Assembly (NCBI RefSeq): GCF_006345805.1
Contig: NC_043000.1
Coordinates: 100,626,001 to 100,690,000, forward strand
DNA: 64,000 nt
Source: Octopus sinensis
Lineage: Eukaryota
Reading direction: 5' to 3'
Below are positions 38,248 to 51,740 of this stretch, piece by piece. The notes under the pieces are model-generated. The model ran no database searches, was not told the DNA's origin, and saw only the letters and a list, made by a program, of their open reading frames with translations. The position numbers and the translations under genes were made by a program. The first letter of the stretch is position 1. Each line of letters starts with the position of its first letter.

Positions 38248-38780
38248 TGTGAGTAAGTATGTATGTATGTATGTTTGTATGTATGTATGTATGTATGTAT
38301 GTATGTATGTATGTATGTATGTATGTATGTATAAATACATGTGTATCTATGAACACACGTTTGAGTGTGTTTTTTGAATAAGAATAAAAGGAAATGGATA
38401 GGCAGAGCATAGACAAATATTTAAACGCAGAATAACTAGTTACATGCACCAATAGGTTGTCAAACTTTAAAAATGGATCAAATCGATGCAAATAAATCAT
38501 TAGATCGCTTTAGTATACGCGTGGAATAAAATGTTCTTTGTAGGCTTATTTCAGGATTCTAGAAGGAAATTTGGAGAATCTAGCAGGGAAAGTGGGTTTT
38601 CATAAAATAATTCTGTATTTGTTTTTTGATGGATTTATTTTCAGTTGAGGTTTATATTGTTAAACTAATTATAAGACAGTTAATATAACGTAATGTTTGT
38701 GTTGTATGGAAGTCTATCTTTTTTTCTTTATATGTAAGAGGAAAAATCTAGTTGGCGAATTTACTTGAAAAAACACTGCT

Positions 38781-38826
<46 letters not shown>

Positions 38827-38938
38827 ATATGTATATATATGAATTAGAGAAGAACCAGCATGAAGCAACTCAACAATTATATACTTAAATTTGATTCAGT
38901 ATTACTAAATTTGAATTTTTCCCTGTAATCATATTCCC

Positions 38939-38939
<1 letters not shown>

Positions 38940-38997
<58 letters not shown>

Positions 38998-39013
38998 TAT
39001 TATTATTATTATT

Positions 39014-39108
<95 letters not shown>
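38940..39108. repeat. (TAT)n/(CAT)n microsatellite
   Basis: Direct reading. Confidence 0.97.
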
Positions 39109-39725
39109 TTTTTTTTTTCTTCTTTCAAATTTTCTTCCATTTCTTGCCGAGTGTCTTCCCGACTCCTAGGGCAAAGAAACTCATAGTGTATATTGGTAGG
39201 CCATTAAACCAAACTCAGTAGTTCGTTTATTTTTATTTTTATTCTTTTTTTAAGTTAAATTAAAATACATGAGCAGCAACAGTTCTCACATCGACAATGC
39301 TCTTCTCAATACGTGTGATGTACCAGTTAAGACAATCTTTTGCACTTCTTGCAGGGATGGTAAGCCAGGGATCATTCTCATATAATTTTCGGTTCCCTTC
39401 TTGATCATTCCTAGTGCTCCTACGATCACTGGTATTGTAACCGCCTTGAGATGCCACATTTTCTCAATTTCAATGAGTAGGTCTTTATATTTTCTGAGCT
39501 TGTCAAACTCTTTCGCTGAGATATTATGATCACAGGGGATGCTCATGTCGACCAATAAGCAACTTTATTGTTTTGGTCTTTCACAACAATATCTGGTTTA
39601 TTGGCCTTGATGGTTCGGTCTGTATGTACTGGAAAGTCCCACAGAATGGTTACATTTTCCCTCAGTTACAGCCTCAGGGTGGTGATTATACCACTTGTCG
39701 GCAGTTTTGATATTGTAATGCCGAC
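39109..39725 (-). mobile_element. 5'-truncated Dong-like element (RLE domain + 3' UTR) flanked by (TAA)n on both sides
   Basis: ILWDFPVHTDRTIKANKPDIVVKD; ORF 39286-39555 VDMSIP..KLRKYKDL..IPVIVGALG..VLRRALSM. Confidence 0.9.
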
Positions 39726-39757
<32 letters not shown>

Positions 39758-39874
39758 AATAATAATAATAATAATAAAAATAATATAATATTTTTATATA
39801 ATTTTCAGGATCCAATAGAATCGAGGTATTTTAATAACAAAAGCACACAACTCATTTGCGTATATATATTCTTT

Positions 39875-40052
39875 TTTACTCTTGGCACAAGGCCCGAAAT
39901 TTTGGGGGAGGGAGCCAGTCGATTAAATCGACCCCGCAAGGATGCAAGGCAAAGTCGACCTCCGCGGAGTTTGAACTCAGAACGCAAAGACAGACGAAAT
40001 GCCGCTAATCATTTCGCCCGGCGTACTAACATTTCTTTCTGCTCGCCGCCTT
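39875..40052 (-). mobile_element. SINE family B, internally deleted
   Basis: Similarity to family B. Confidence 0.78.
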
Positions 40053-40795
40053 GTGTGTATAAATATGATCTCAATTGTTTCAGCAACTGTAGCTAAAGTT
40101 ATATGAAGCTGCATTCCTATTTAATCACCATAGTTCTGGCTAAAACTTGTTACATTACGCCTCTCCTGGATGCTTAAAGAGGATTTGTGATTATGTATTC
40201 TGGTCAAAAGTACTTTTGCTTTCTGGATCACGGCTTTTGTGCTGCATTGGCCGTTCAGTGGGTTCTCATTCTAAGCCCTACATGAGCATTTTGCCTATGT
40301 CTGTAGTTTCACCAATCTCTATTGGCAGAGATGAGAATCATTCTGACAAATTCGTGAACACAAAAGTGAAATTTTCTGATTCTGCCTGCATATTCACATA
40401 CTCATTTTGGCGACTTGTTCATGTCCCTATGCAAACTAGAGAACAGGAAACACAGATCTTATACGTTTCACCCTAGCTAACATCAGTTCAAGGGACATAA
40501 TTCTTTCTTTATTCTTCCTCAAAATATTTTTCCCTAAAATTCGTGTCATCTTTTTGTCGACACCGAACCAACCTAGAGTCTGTGTATCGCTAACACTAAA
40601 AAGGCGATGCGCATCTTGCTAGTATGTTTAAAGAATCGTCAATTTTTCATGTGACAATATACCACATAACCAGTAGTATGAGGCTTAATGAAATAAAAAT
40701 AATATACACGTTCTGTTACCTATATTTAAAATGCATTTATTTCTGAGTATGGACAACTCACAGAAAATTTATACACGAAAATATGGTCTAAAAAT

Positions 40796-41181
40796 GAATG
40801 GAAGCACTCCGTCGGTTACGACGTTGAGGGTTCCGGTTGATCCGAATCAACGGAACAGCCTGCTCGTGAAATTAACGTGTAAGTGGCTGAGCACTCCACA
40901 GACACGTGTACCCTTAACGTAGTTCTCGGGGATATTCAGCGTGACACAGAGAGTGACAAATCCGGCCCTTTGAAATACAGGTACAACAGAAACAGGAAGT
41001 AAGAGTGAGAGAAAGTTGTGGTGAAAGAGTACAGCAGGGATCACCACCATCCCCTGCCGGAGCCTCGTGAAGCTTTAGGTGTTTTCGCTCAATAAACACT
41101 CACAACGCCCGGTCTGAGAATCGAAACCGCGATCCTATGACCGCGAGTCCGCTGCCCTAACCACTGGGCCATTGCGCCTCC
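40796..41181 (-). mobile_element. Full-length SINE family C with 11-bp TSD
   Basis: tRNA-like head GGAGGCGCAATGGCCCAGTGGTTAGG..GGTTTCGATTC; TSD GGTCTAAAAAT at 40785-40795 and 41182-41192. Confidence 0.93.
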
Positions 41182-41419
41182 GGTCTAAAAATAGAGCAGA
41201 AGGAAACACGTGAGAAGGAGAGTCGTTGAAAAGGTCACAAAATAAATGACGAAAGATTTAAGACAAAGGACACAAAAATAAGAACAATGATAAAGCTGCG
41301 GAATGAATATATAATGTGTATATTTATTTGGCAAAACAATAATGACCACCTCCAAAATATAACAATATCTGTTTCAACACGATTTTACATCAAGAATATT
41401 ACAAAACAAATACCTAAAC

Positions 41420-41455
<36 letters not shown>

Positions 41456-41478
41456 GCATGCATACATACATACATACA

Positions 41479-41511
<33 letters not shown>

Positions 41512-41699
41512 GCCTCCCCACCTCCCAACAACATTACACCACACCACACTACACCATACAACATTACACATCACATCACAACACACCACCCACACACCCA
41601 TCCCCACATCTTCACACCTACACATACATACACGCACACGTCCAGACCACCAGCCCTCTTTCACACGCACATACATACTCTCTTATACACACACGCATC

Positions 41700-41980
41700 T
41701 TTGTGTTGGGGGGTCATCTTTACCTTGTTATCTCCCCTACTTTCCTTCCTGTGTTTGACCCTTCTGTCCGGCACTAGTCGCCATGATAGATCGTTAGCCA
41801 CTACACACATTTTTTTCTCTCCTTATTTCTCTCCTTGTTTTTTTCTGTGTCCCTTTCTGTAGAAGAGTGTAGGCTCGAAACGAAAAGACTTTTTCTGTTC
41901 CTGAGCGTTATACTAATACATCTGTTTGTTTTGTAGACCACCTGCCTTTGTCTTTGGTTTTTTCCGTAAGCTCTCCCAAT
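41700..41980 (+). mobile_element. Penelope pseudo-LTR-like segment with degenerate hammerhead
   Basis: CTGTAGA AGAG tgtagg CTC GAAACG at about 41857-41882 in pyrimidine-rich sequence ending at (TA)n. Confidence 0.45.
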
Positions 41981-41991
41981 ATATATAATAT

Positions 41992-42047
<56 letters not shown>

Positions 42048-42169
42048 TATGTGTATGTATGTATGTATGTATGTTCTCTTTCTGTTTTTAATTTAGAATA
42101 AATTTTGGTCGGTCACCTGCTTTGTAGTAAGGTTGTGAAGGAAAATATCCTGTTTTAACCATAATCCCA

Positions 42170-43350
42170 GATACCATGATCATTTTGTAGCATATGATTT
42201 AAGGATTTGCATTCTCTTCCCAAGATCCCAAGTTCAGCCATATTTTGCCCCAGACGGGTTGTATGTTTCCTGTTACCTCAACGATAACATGCATGAAGCT
42301 GAAAATGTATCTTGGGTACTGGCTTTGCAAACTCCTTATCAATTGTCCATAGATGTCTTCTTTCTCTTGTATTTTTCTAACCGCATTACTGTCCAGAGGG
42401 CAGTTGATTACCCCAACAGAACATATCCTTTCCTTGTCATCGCACATAATATATGGTCTGTTGTATTTTAACGTGGTGGCTGTTTTACTTTTTAAGCTCA
42501 CTAATATTCTTTTGATCAATAGGTTTCAATATAGCCGACTTCGTCTATAAGTGTTTTCTTTCTTGTTACCCTATTCCAAGTGAAGGCGTGTGGTTTAGTA
42601 GTTAGGGCATTCGGCTCAAGATCGTAAGGTCATGAGTTCAATTCCCGGCGATGCGTTGTGTCCTTGAGCAAGACACTTTATTTCACGTTACTCCAGTCCA
42701 CTCAGCTGGCAAAAATGAGTAGTACCTGTAATTGAAAGGAACCAGCCTTGTCACACTCTGTGTCACGCTGAATCTCCCTGAGAACTATGTTAAGGGTACA
42801 CGTGTTTGTGGATTGCTCAGCCACTTGCACATTAATTTCACGAGCAAGCTGCTCCCTTGATCGAATCAACTGGAACCCTCGTCGTCGTAAGCGACGGAGT
42901 GCTCCTTTATCCTATCCCAGATTGTTCTTGGTCAATGCGTCATGACACATGGAAGATAATAACTGAAAGACATTCTCTCGCAGTAGGCAATAATGGTCCT
43001 GCATAGCCTACATTTGGCGTCTGCCAACGTTTTCTACATTTTATGCTATAGAAACTTTGTGGGGATCTCTTGTTCTTTGATTGCATGGATGTAGCCTCCG
43101 AAGAGGTATGTCATAAACTTGTCGGTACTCCATGCCAAGCATTAGATATGATCAGTCCTTTCTATCGTTTGTGTTATATATGCCAAGGACCCATGAACTA
43201 TCTTCTCAGTGGACTGGTTAAGTCTTTTTGTTTGCTTTTTTTCTGATAAATATATTTTAATAACGCCCCATGTGGAGAGATCTGTACCAGCTCTTATTTC
43301 ATGTCTCATCTCAAGTTAATTACTTAATTAAGTATGTTGTCTTACACCAC
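42170..43350 (-). mobile_element. Decayed RLE-type non-LTR retrotransposon 3' region, interrupted by a SINE
   Basis: ORF 42199-42519 KYNRPYIMCDD..INCPLD..QEKEDIYGQL..VIVEVTG resembles an RLE domain. Confidence 0.6.
42583..42905 (+). mobile_element. SINE family D (different head and core; 3' half shared with family C)
   Basis: tRNA-like head; TGTGTCCTTGAGCAAGACACTT core; tail CCTTGTCACACTCTGTGTCACGCTGAAT...GACGGAGTGC; imperfect TSD CCTATTCCAAG/CCTATCCCAG. Confidence 0.85.
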
Positions 43351-43367
43351 ACATCACCTCAAGTTCA

Positions 43368-43705
43368 TTATGTATGTATGTATGTATGTATGTATGTTTG
43401 TATGTATGTATGTATGTATGTATGTATGTATGTATGTATGTATGTGTGTATGTATGTATGTATGTATGTATGTATGTATGTATGTATGTATGTATGTATT
43501 ATGTATGTATGTATGTATGCATGTATGTATGTATGTATTATGTATGTATGTATGTATGTATGTATGTATTATGTATGTATGTATGTATGTATGTATGTAT
43601 GTATGTATGTATGTATGTATGAATGTATGTATTATGTATGTATGTATGTATGTATGTATGTATGTATGTATGTATGCATGCATGCATATGGATGTATGCA
43701 TGTAT
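43368..43705. repeat. (TATG)n microsatellite
   Basis: Direct reading. Confidence 0.98.
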
Positions 43706-45010
43706 GTTTGCGCGAATGTCCGTGAATATTGACAACCTACAGCTTGGCTTGCCATCGCCCGTGAACCAGTACTTTCGAAGATACGTGGAATACAAAATAA
43801 GAGAGATGAATGAAAAAAATAAAAACAAATGAAAAAATAAATGATTAATTAATTTATGACATAAGATAATAAAATTCCCTTAGGAAAGCATCCGGTTGTT
43901 AATTCTTGCTTGACACAAGTTAGCATCCAATTGTTAGCGTGATAAATCGGAAGTGACATGAACGAACTCGAGAATACATTTTTTCCTTTTATATTTTAAC
44001 TTGTATGTTTTTTCAGTTATTGGACTGCCATCATGCAGGGGCACCGCCTTGAATAGTATAGTCGAACAATTCGATACAGTACTTATTTGTAAGTAGCCGA
44101 ACCGCAGACTTATTGGAATATAACCAACCAACATCAGATGCCAAGCGGTGGAGATGGGACAAACACAACACACACGCACACACACACACGCACACACACA
44201 AACACACACACACACACACACACAACACACACACACACACAAACACATACACACACACACACACTCACACACACATAGATACATAGTTATATACATATGG
44301 TACACCTCAGCACACAGAAGACTATTTACAGAAGGTAATTTTTATGCACAGCAACGAACAATTTTTATGCACAGCAATGATCCCTTTGATTCCTATTCCA
44401 TTCCGGTGGACCCTTTAATCATACGATGTTTAAAAACTAGTTCGTATATATTTCTGGCAAATATATTTCACTAATACCCCTTTAGGAGAGATCTGTAACA
44501 ACTCTTATTTCATGCGTCTAAAAAATGTGATATATGTTTAGAAGAATTTTACCAGATTTTTAATCCAAGAGTAATGTAATAAATTTTAGACAGGAACAAG
44601 CTTTGAGATGCCTGCACATGAGGAAATTCCCATTTGCCCAGTATAAATGAATAACAAACATTTAAACAGTGGAATGTTTTGAAATAATGGACTCTGATTA
44701 TCCAATCAAAACTTGAAAGGAAGATTGCTCGCGTCTAACTTAACGGACAACTCTACATCATACAATGCAGAGTAGATAAACGAAAAACTTTAAACAGTTA
44801 AAAAGAAGGATATTAAGTAAAGACTCTGAAGAAACTGCACCGGTATTATAGTAGCGTTGCAATTGCAACGGTTACTAATCGGTGCTGTTGAAATGTGTAG
44901 GTCTATGTAAAGCTGTATAAATAAAAAGAATTAAAGGTAATGCTATGTAATTTCGTAATAATCCTTATTATTTTTGTTGATATACATGTATATATAAACA
45001 AACACACATA

Positions 45011-46231
45011 CGAGGTCTAATCAATAAGTATCTGGACTGCTGCCATAGTTACGAAGCTAAACCTCCCTCAGTTCACACTCTATCTTCAACTTTCAACGTT
45101 ATACACTCATCGACATAATAAAAATAGCGGTTAAACTAACCTCAGTTCACATACTCTATTTTCTACTTTCAATATTATGCTCACATAAGGTGGTGAGCAG
45201 GTAGAATCTTAAGCACGCCGGGCAAAAATTGCTTAGCGGTATTTCGTCCGTCTTTATGTTCTGAGTTCAAATTCCGCCGGGGTCAACTTTGCCTTTCATC
45301 TGTCCGAGGTCGATAAAATTAGTACCAATTAAGCTCTGGAGGATCGATGTAATCGACTTACCTCTGCCCTCCTAACTAACTGGCCTTGTGCCTAAATTTA
45401 AAACCAATATTTTATGCACATATCGAAATGGTAAAAACAGTAGCCTTGCACTCTGCTGTGCACACTCACTAAGTTTTAATGTTCTTGCCACTTCTGCTGT
45501 TTACAGCAGTGCATGGAAGGAAGGTGCATAATGTGTCATTGTCGCATTGACCATGACAGAGGAAGTTGTCATGACGATATCTACTCAGAGGCCTACGTAA
45601 AGTTAAAGAAAGTGTATGGAGAGGAGTGTATGAGTCGCACACAAGTGTACGAGCGTTTCGGGCGTTTCCAAGATGAACGCTTTGGGAGACCCCCAAACAG
45701 CAGAATTGAGAAAAACATTACAGATGTGCGTGCAGCTGTGAGGGGAAATCGTCGAATCACCATCCGTGAGTTATCAGAGGAATGTACAGATTAGTTACTG
45801 TTCAGTTCAATCAATTATCACTGAAGATTTGGGTGTGAGACATGTTTCTGCCAAGTTTGTGCTAAAACTGCTTTCAGCTGACCAAAAGGACACTCGGGTT
45901 TCAGTTGCGGAAGATCTTCTTGATTGTGTCGAGGACGATGAAAACCTTTTTAAAAACTTTGCGTAGGCCTCTGAGCAGGCATCGCCAAACTTTTGGCAAG
46001 ATTCAATGCAGATTCTCTGCTCAACTTTCATTGTCATGGTCAATGCGACGATCACACGATACACACTTCTCTTCCAAGCACTACTGTAAACAGCAGAAGT
46101 GAGTTAGAACGTTAAAACTTATTGCGCATACACACCAGAGTTCAAGGCCAATCTGTGCCAAGCAGCTTCACTCTGCGTGCTTTAGCATCGTTACTATGGC
46201 AATACTCCAGATACTTATTGATCAGACTACG
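45011..46231. mobile_element. Fold-back mariner derivative made of two inverted 5' ends, TA TSD
   Basis: TIR CGAGGTCTAATCAATAAGTATCTGGA / TCCAGATACTTATTGATCAGACTACG; plus strand YGEECMSRTQVYE..GRP..NRRITIREL; minus strand MKVEQRICIESCQKFGDACSEAY. Confidence 0.88.
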
Positions 46232-46399
46232 TATATATATATATGCATCGTAGCTCTTTGCTCCGACATTCGAAACCCCGAGTACTATAATGACAACCTT
46301 TTACTGTTTGTTCTAAATCATAACATGTATAAACAATCCTGTATTTATCTAATATCGAGGTCTCGTTGTTTTGTTGATTTTTTTTATTATATATATATA

Positions 46400-47233
46400 C
46401 GACCAAAACACCCCGCGTCCAATGGACGGTGCTGAGTTGTCAAATATTTAAACCAAATTTTCTCAAAACAACTTGTCCGACCGTCCCATAGGCCTCCCCT
46501 TTGAGAAACACTGATTTAAACTAAATTTATTGCACGATTAAGAAGCAAGCAAATAGTCTTTTGTTTCTAAAATTGAAGTATTTTAACTACATTCACCTTG
46601 AAATAAAGCTCAAACAATGTTGATTGAATGCAATTATGGTTTTCTTTCACTACAAAACACACTTTTTTTTTTGTTTAAATCTGTAAGGCAACAAAAATCA
46701 TTGATTAGCAAGAAAATAGTATTTTCTTCCTTGAATAAAAAGCAATCAGTGTTTTCTTTTAATTAAAAAATAATTAAGCATGCCTTTATTTCAATAAAAT
46801 TTTGGTTTTGTTAAACGAAGTTAAAGCAAAAAAAAAACTTCTTGAGAAACCAAATAGTCTTTCCTTCCTTCATGCCAAGTTTGAAGAAAATATCTCTTTT
46901 GCATCTTACTTTTTGGTCTCTTAAATATATTGCATTTTGTGGCATTATTTCAAGCCAGCCGTCTTTTTTTGCGCAAACTGCACGTGCATTTTTCTCGCGT
47001 ACGCGTAGTATCGATCACAACAGTTGATGTACTTGCGCGTACAAAAGCACGCTCCCACGGCTTATCGATTGCATTCTCACCTGGAATCGATTTTCTTAAT
47101 TTTTTCAAGACTTATACACTCCCTGATACCGTCGGTATCTACATATCAAATTTGAGCGCAATCGGATGGAGGATGCCCGAGATCCTAGAAGACACACACA
47201 CACAGACAGACAGAATGGATTTTATATAATAGA
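46400..47233 (-). mobile_element. Non-autonomous Helitron-like element
   Basis: Minus strand starts TCTATTATATAAAATCC followed by (GTCT)n(GT)n; 3' subterminal hairpin CGTCCATTGGACG at about 46415-46428. Confidence 0.65.
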
Positions 47234-47269
47234 CATATGTATATTTGCAGCAGAGAGAGAGTATTAGTG

Positions 47270-47487
47270 CCGAGAGGTGTATTTATCCCCACTTAAATGT
47301 AAATGTTCTGTTAGAACGAGTGTCTATCATTGACGAAACCAAGGAAAGTCGAAATCCCGTGATCTGGTGGTCTCGGCGCTGAAGGTGGCGGGGATTTATC
47401 TCGCTGTCAGCGATGTAAATAATACCGCAGTATAGTTTGTTCTAACTGAACATCCGCATTTAAGTGGGGAAAAATGTTACCCCTCAG
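47270..47487. mobile_element. MITE with ~50-bp imperfect TIRs
   Basis: TCCCCACTTAAATG..AATGTTC.GTTAGAAC / GTTCTAACTGAACATCCGCATTTAAGTGGGGA. Confidence 0.75.
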
Positions 47488-47689
47488 TTTTATAGACAAT
47501 TCTTTCAAGATTCCTACTTCGTTTTTTCACACATTCACTGGTGTAGGTTGTACTATGTATAGTGCTAGCTGTTCCTTACAATAAATGCATCTAAAGCAAA
47601 GTTTTTTTTAAATAGACCCTTAAAATACTATTGTAGATTACCAAAAATACTATTCCTCACCACAGAGGGAAAAGCCTTTCCACATGAAA

Positions 47690-47733
47690 AGATAGATAGA
47701 ATGATAGATAGATAGATAGATAGATAGATGGAG

Positions 47734-47813
<80 letters not shown>

Positions 47814-47815
47814 TG
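47690..47815. repeat. (GATA)n microsatellite
   Basis: Direct reading. Confidence 0.97.
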
Positions 47816-49063
47816 ATGGAGAGAGAGAAAAAGAGAGAGAGAGGAAGAGAAAGAGAGACCGATAGAATGGTACAGTCCACCATAGAAGAGAGATAAAGGC
47901 TTTTGGAGAAATAAAGAGCGAAACAGGCAGACAGACAGACAGAGAGGCGGGTTGGTTGACAGACAGACAGAAGAGGCGGGTTGGTTGACAGACAGCATGG
48001 CAGAACTGTACACCTCACCACAGAATGACAAGAAGTAACAGACAGTCGGAATGGTAAATTCCACTTCAAAGAGAGAAGGAAACCCTTTTGGCGGGAACTA
48101 TCTTTCACACACACAAACACACACACACACACACACACATTATATCTGACCTCGCACCAGCTCTACTATTATTGTAAGTACTACCAGCAGCAGCAGCACC
48201 AGCACCAGCATCAGTCGCAGCAGTACTGGTTAACAGCTGTAGACGAACGGCAGTAGCAGCAGCAACAATATAACTATATCGGTAGCAGATGGTGATTGTC
48301 GCGAATGTTATTGTGTTTTAACCCCGTTCAGCTCCAATTGAGTAGCCACCTACCAATGATCAAAGACATTCCAAATCACGATCATGGTCATGGGGCATCT
48401 AAGCATACATTATCTATGTGTATCTTTCCCAGTATTAACTCATAGTGTGTGTCTTGAGGGAGACTTGGCTACTATATCCAGCAGGTTGGAAGACCACGTA
48501 GGGGTTTAATGTAGCAGACATTATCTGACATGTCCTTTCCGTTTTTAAGACGACTGGGTTTAATGGAATTTAGCTGTTATTTCTAATCATTGTAGTTACC
48601 ACTATACACTCTTTAGCTCACCTTATAAATAATTGTTGCTGCTTACTGATCAGACCTATGATTAAAGGTATTCCAGCCATGGCCTTCCCGTTTTCTTTTT
48701 GTTTCGAGTGTGAAGAAAACCCAAAGTTACATAATTTAACGCGGGTTTTTTTTTTGGTGAGGGTGGGGAGTCAAGACAGCAAGGTGTGATTTGAGAAGTT
48801 CTTTTTATGGCTGTTCTGTAAACAGTGAAGGCTCCTGCTGAGCCTAATCCAATCCCTATTAAGACCGATAATTCGGTCCCGTTATAATAGTTCGGGTATT
48901 TATAACTTAGAGGGCTCCTACACACCTCATAATCCCCATCTCGTACAGAAAGTTATTTATGAGCCAGCAAGGGAGACTCGATATTGTCGCCCCCTTGGGA
49001 GAAATACTAGCTAAATCTCCCTCAAATCCTAATCTCTTCTTTCAAAATCCGACTAAAAATAGT

Positions 49064-49455
49064 AGCTAAACCTCCCTCAATTCACACACTCTATCTTCAA
49101 CTTTCAACGTTATACACTCATCGACATAATAAAAATAGCGGTTAAACTTACCTCAGTTCACATACTCTATTTCTACTTTCAATATTATGCTCACATAAAG
49201 TGGTGAGCAGGTAGAATCTTAAGCACGCCGGGCAAAAATTGCTTAGCAGTATTTCGTCCGTCTTTATGTTCTGAGTTCAAATTCCGCCGGGGTCAACTTT
49301 GCCTTTCATCCGTCCGAGGTCGATAAAATTAGTACCAATTAAGCTCTGGAGGATCGATGTAATCGACTTACCTCTGCCCTCCTAACTAACTGGCCTTGTG
49401 CCTAAATTTAAAACCAATATTTTATGCACATATCGAAATGGTAAAAACAGTAGCC
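49064..49455 (+). repeat. Segment containing a SINE B, duplicated at 45055-45445
   Basis: Near-identical sequence by direct comparison. Confidence 0.92.
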
Positions 49456-50124
49456 AAACCTCATTCAAAACACATTCAAAAACAGGAACCTAATTTCCCT
49501 CACCTCGCATACGAGTAGATCTATCTTTAATCTTACGTGATCGTTCTACTTGCTAGAAATCTAGAAATAACAGCCAAATCTCCCTCAAATAACACCCTAG
49601 CATCTTAAAAACGAGAAGAGACTCTGGATAATGTAGACACGGATGTATATAAGCCGCGAAAAATAAAGTGAGAGGAGGGGCGTGAATAGGGCCGTTTTAG
49701 CAAAACAAAACAGCTAAGATCCTTAAATACACAACAACAGTGTATATCGATTATTATTGGGCACCTAAAACCCTGATGTAACTTCCCAGGGTATTCAAGC
49801 CTTAGAAGATCACTAGGTTTCATATTATTAGTCTGTTCACTCAGAGCTAAACAAAGGTTAAAGAGGGAGAACATCGAAGGGCAATACCATCATCATCGGC
49901 ACCATCATCACCTCCACCACCAATGACAAAAACAACAACAGCAAAAACAATGACAACCATGAGAGACACATTAGATAATGTGGTCGTGTGGTAAGGAACT
50001 TTCTTCCTAACCACGATTCCGGGTTCAGTCCCATTGCGCAGCCCCTTGGGAAAGTGTCTCCTGCTATACCACCGGGCGGGCCGTCCTTGCGAGTGAATCT
50101 GGTAGACGAAAACTCAAAGAAAAC

Positions 50125-50357
50125 CTATTTCTTTACTACCCACAAGGGGCTAAACACAAAGGGGACAAACAAGGACAGACAAACGGATTAAGTCGATTAT
50201 ATCGACTCCAGTGCGTAACTGGTACTTATTTAATCGACCCCGAAAGGATGAAAGGCAAAGTCGACCTCGGCGGAATTTGAACTCAGAACGTAACGGCAGA
50301 CGAAATACCACTAAGCATTTCGCCCGGCGTGCTAACGTTTCTACCAGCTTGCCACCT
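50125..50357 (-). mobile_element. SINE family B
   Basis: Similarity to family B; complete head. Confidence 0.88.
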
Positions 50358-50448
50358 TTCTCAAAGAAAACCGCTGTAACCTCACACGCGCTCTCACTCG
50401 TACACGCACTCTCACTCATACACACGCACACACGCCAGCGTGTGCATT

Positions 50449-50842
50449 CGAGCAGGTGCTGAAAAGTTCCTGGCTTTGGGTAAAAGGAAATATAGGAGAA
50501 TCAGTTAATAATGATTTTATTCAACAGGTATCCCAGATGAACCAACTTCACGGTAGGAGGTGCAGATGAGGGCAGCTGCATCGAACTCTCTCATGCACCA
50601 AATGGCAGTTGCTAAAAAGCATTCGTGAAGTAAAACCATGTAGCAACACCAAATGGCGGTGCCCCAGCATGGCCACAGCTCGTGAGCTGAAACTAGAATC
50701 AATCAATCAATCAATCAATCATATTCCCCTATCAGATTCACGCACTTGTTGCCTTCAGTTTTTTTAAGCCTTGTAAAAGAACTCGGAAAGTTAGGCTTCC
50801 ATCCAAACCTTTCGTGATACCCTCAAAACCAGGAACTCTCGA
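50449..50842. mobile_element. Mariner-type MITE (relatives at 56661-56878 and ~63595-63755) with an inserted SINE tail ending in (AATC)n
   Basis: TGAAAAGTTCCTGGCTTT ... AAAACCAGGAACT terminal repeats. Confidence 0.6.
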
Positions 50843-50875
50843 ATATATATTTGAGCGTGTGTGTGTGTGCGTGCG

Positions 50876-50876
<1 letters not shown>

Positions 50877-50909
<33 letters not shown>

Positions 50910-51482
50910 TGTATGTATGTATGTATGTATTTATGTATGTATGTATTTATGTATGTATGTATGTATGTATTTATGTATGTATTTATGTATGTATGTATGT
51001 ATGTAAGTATGTATTTATGTATGTATGTATGTATGTATTTATGTATGTATGTATGTATTTATGTATGTATGTATGTATTTATGTATGTATGTATATATGT
51101 ATTTATGTATGTATGTATGTATGTATGTATGTATGTATTTATGTATGTATGTATGTATGTATTTATGTATGTATGTATGTATGTATGTATGTATGTATGT
51201 ATGTATGTATTTATGCATGTATTTATGTATGTATGTATATATGTATTTATGTATGTATGTATGTATATATGTATTTATGTATGTATGTATGTATTTATGT
51301 ATGTTGTATTTATGTATGTATGTATGTATGTATGTATTTATGTATGTATGTATATATGTATTTATGTATGTATGTATGTATTTATGTATGTATGTATTTA
51401 TGTATGTATGTATGTATGTATGTATGTATTTATGTATGTATTTATGTATGTATGTATATATGTATTTATGTATGTATGTATG

Positions 51483-51513
<31 letters not shown>

Positions 51514-51699
51514 TTATGTATGTATGTATGTATGTTATGTATTTATGTATGTATGTATATATGTATTTATGTATGTATGTATGTATTTATGTATGTATGT
51601 ATTTATGTATGTATGTATGTATGTATGTATTTATGTATGTATGTATTTATGTATTTATGTATGTATGTATGTATTTATGTATGTATGTATATATGTATT

Positions 51700-51733
<34 letters not shown>

Positions 51734-51740
51734 TGTATGT
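50877..51740. repeat. Long imperfect (TATG)n array with TATT variants
   Basis: Direct reading. Confidence 0.98.

Noticed and set aside
39726-39777. (TTA)n(TAA)n palindrome
   Set aside because: A simple-repeat inversion with no evidence of function.
41105-41181. tRNA-like sequence
   Set aside because: It is the head of a TSD-flanked SINE, not a standalone tRNA gene.
48084-48098. E2F-like TTTTGGCGGGAA motif; octamer ATGCAAAT near 55885
   Set aside because: Isolated short motifs with no associated gene; not distinguishable from chance.
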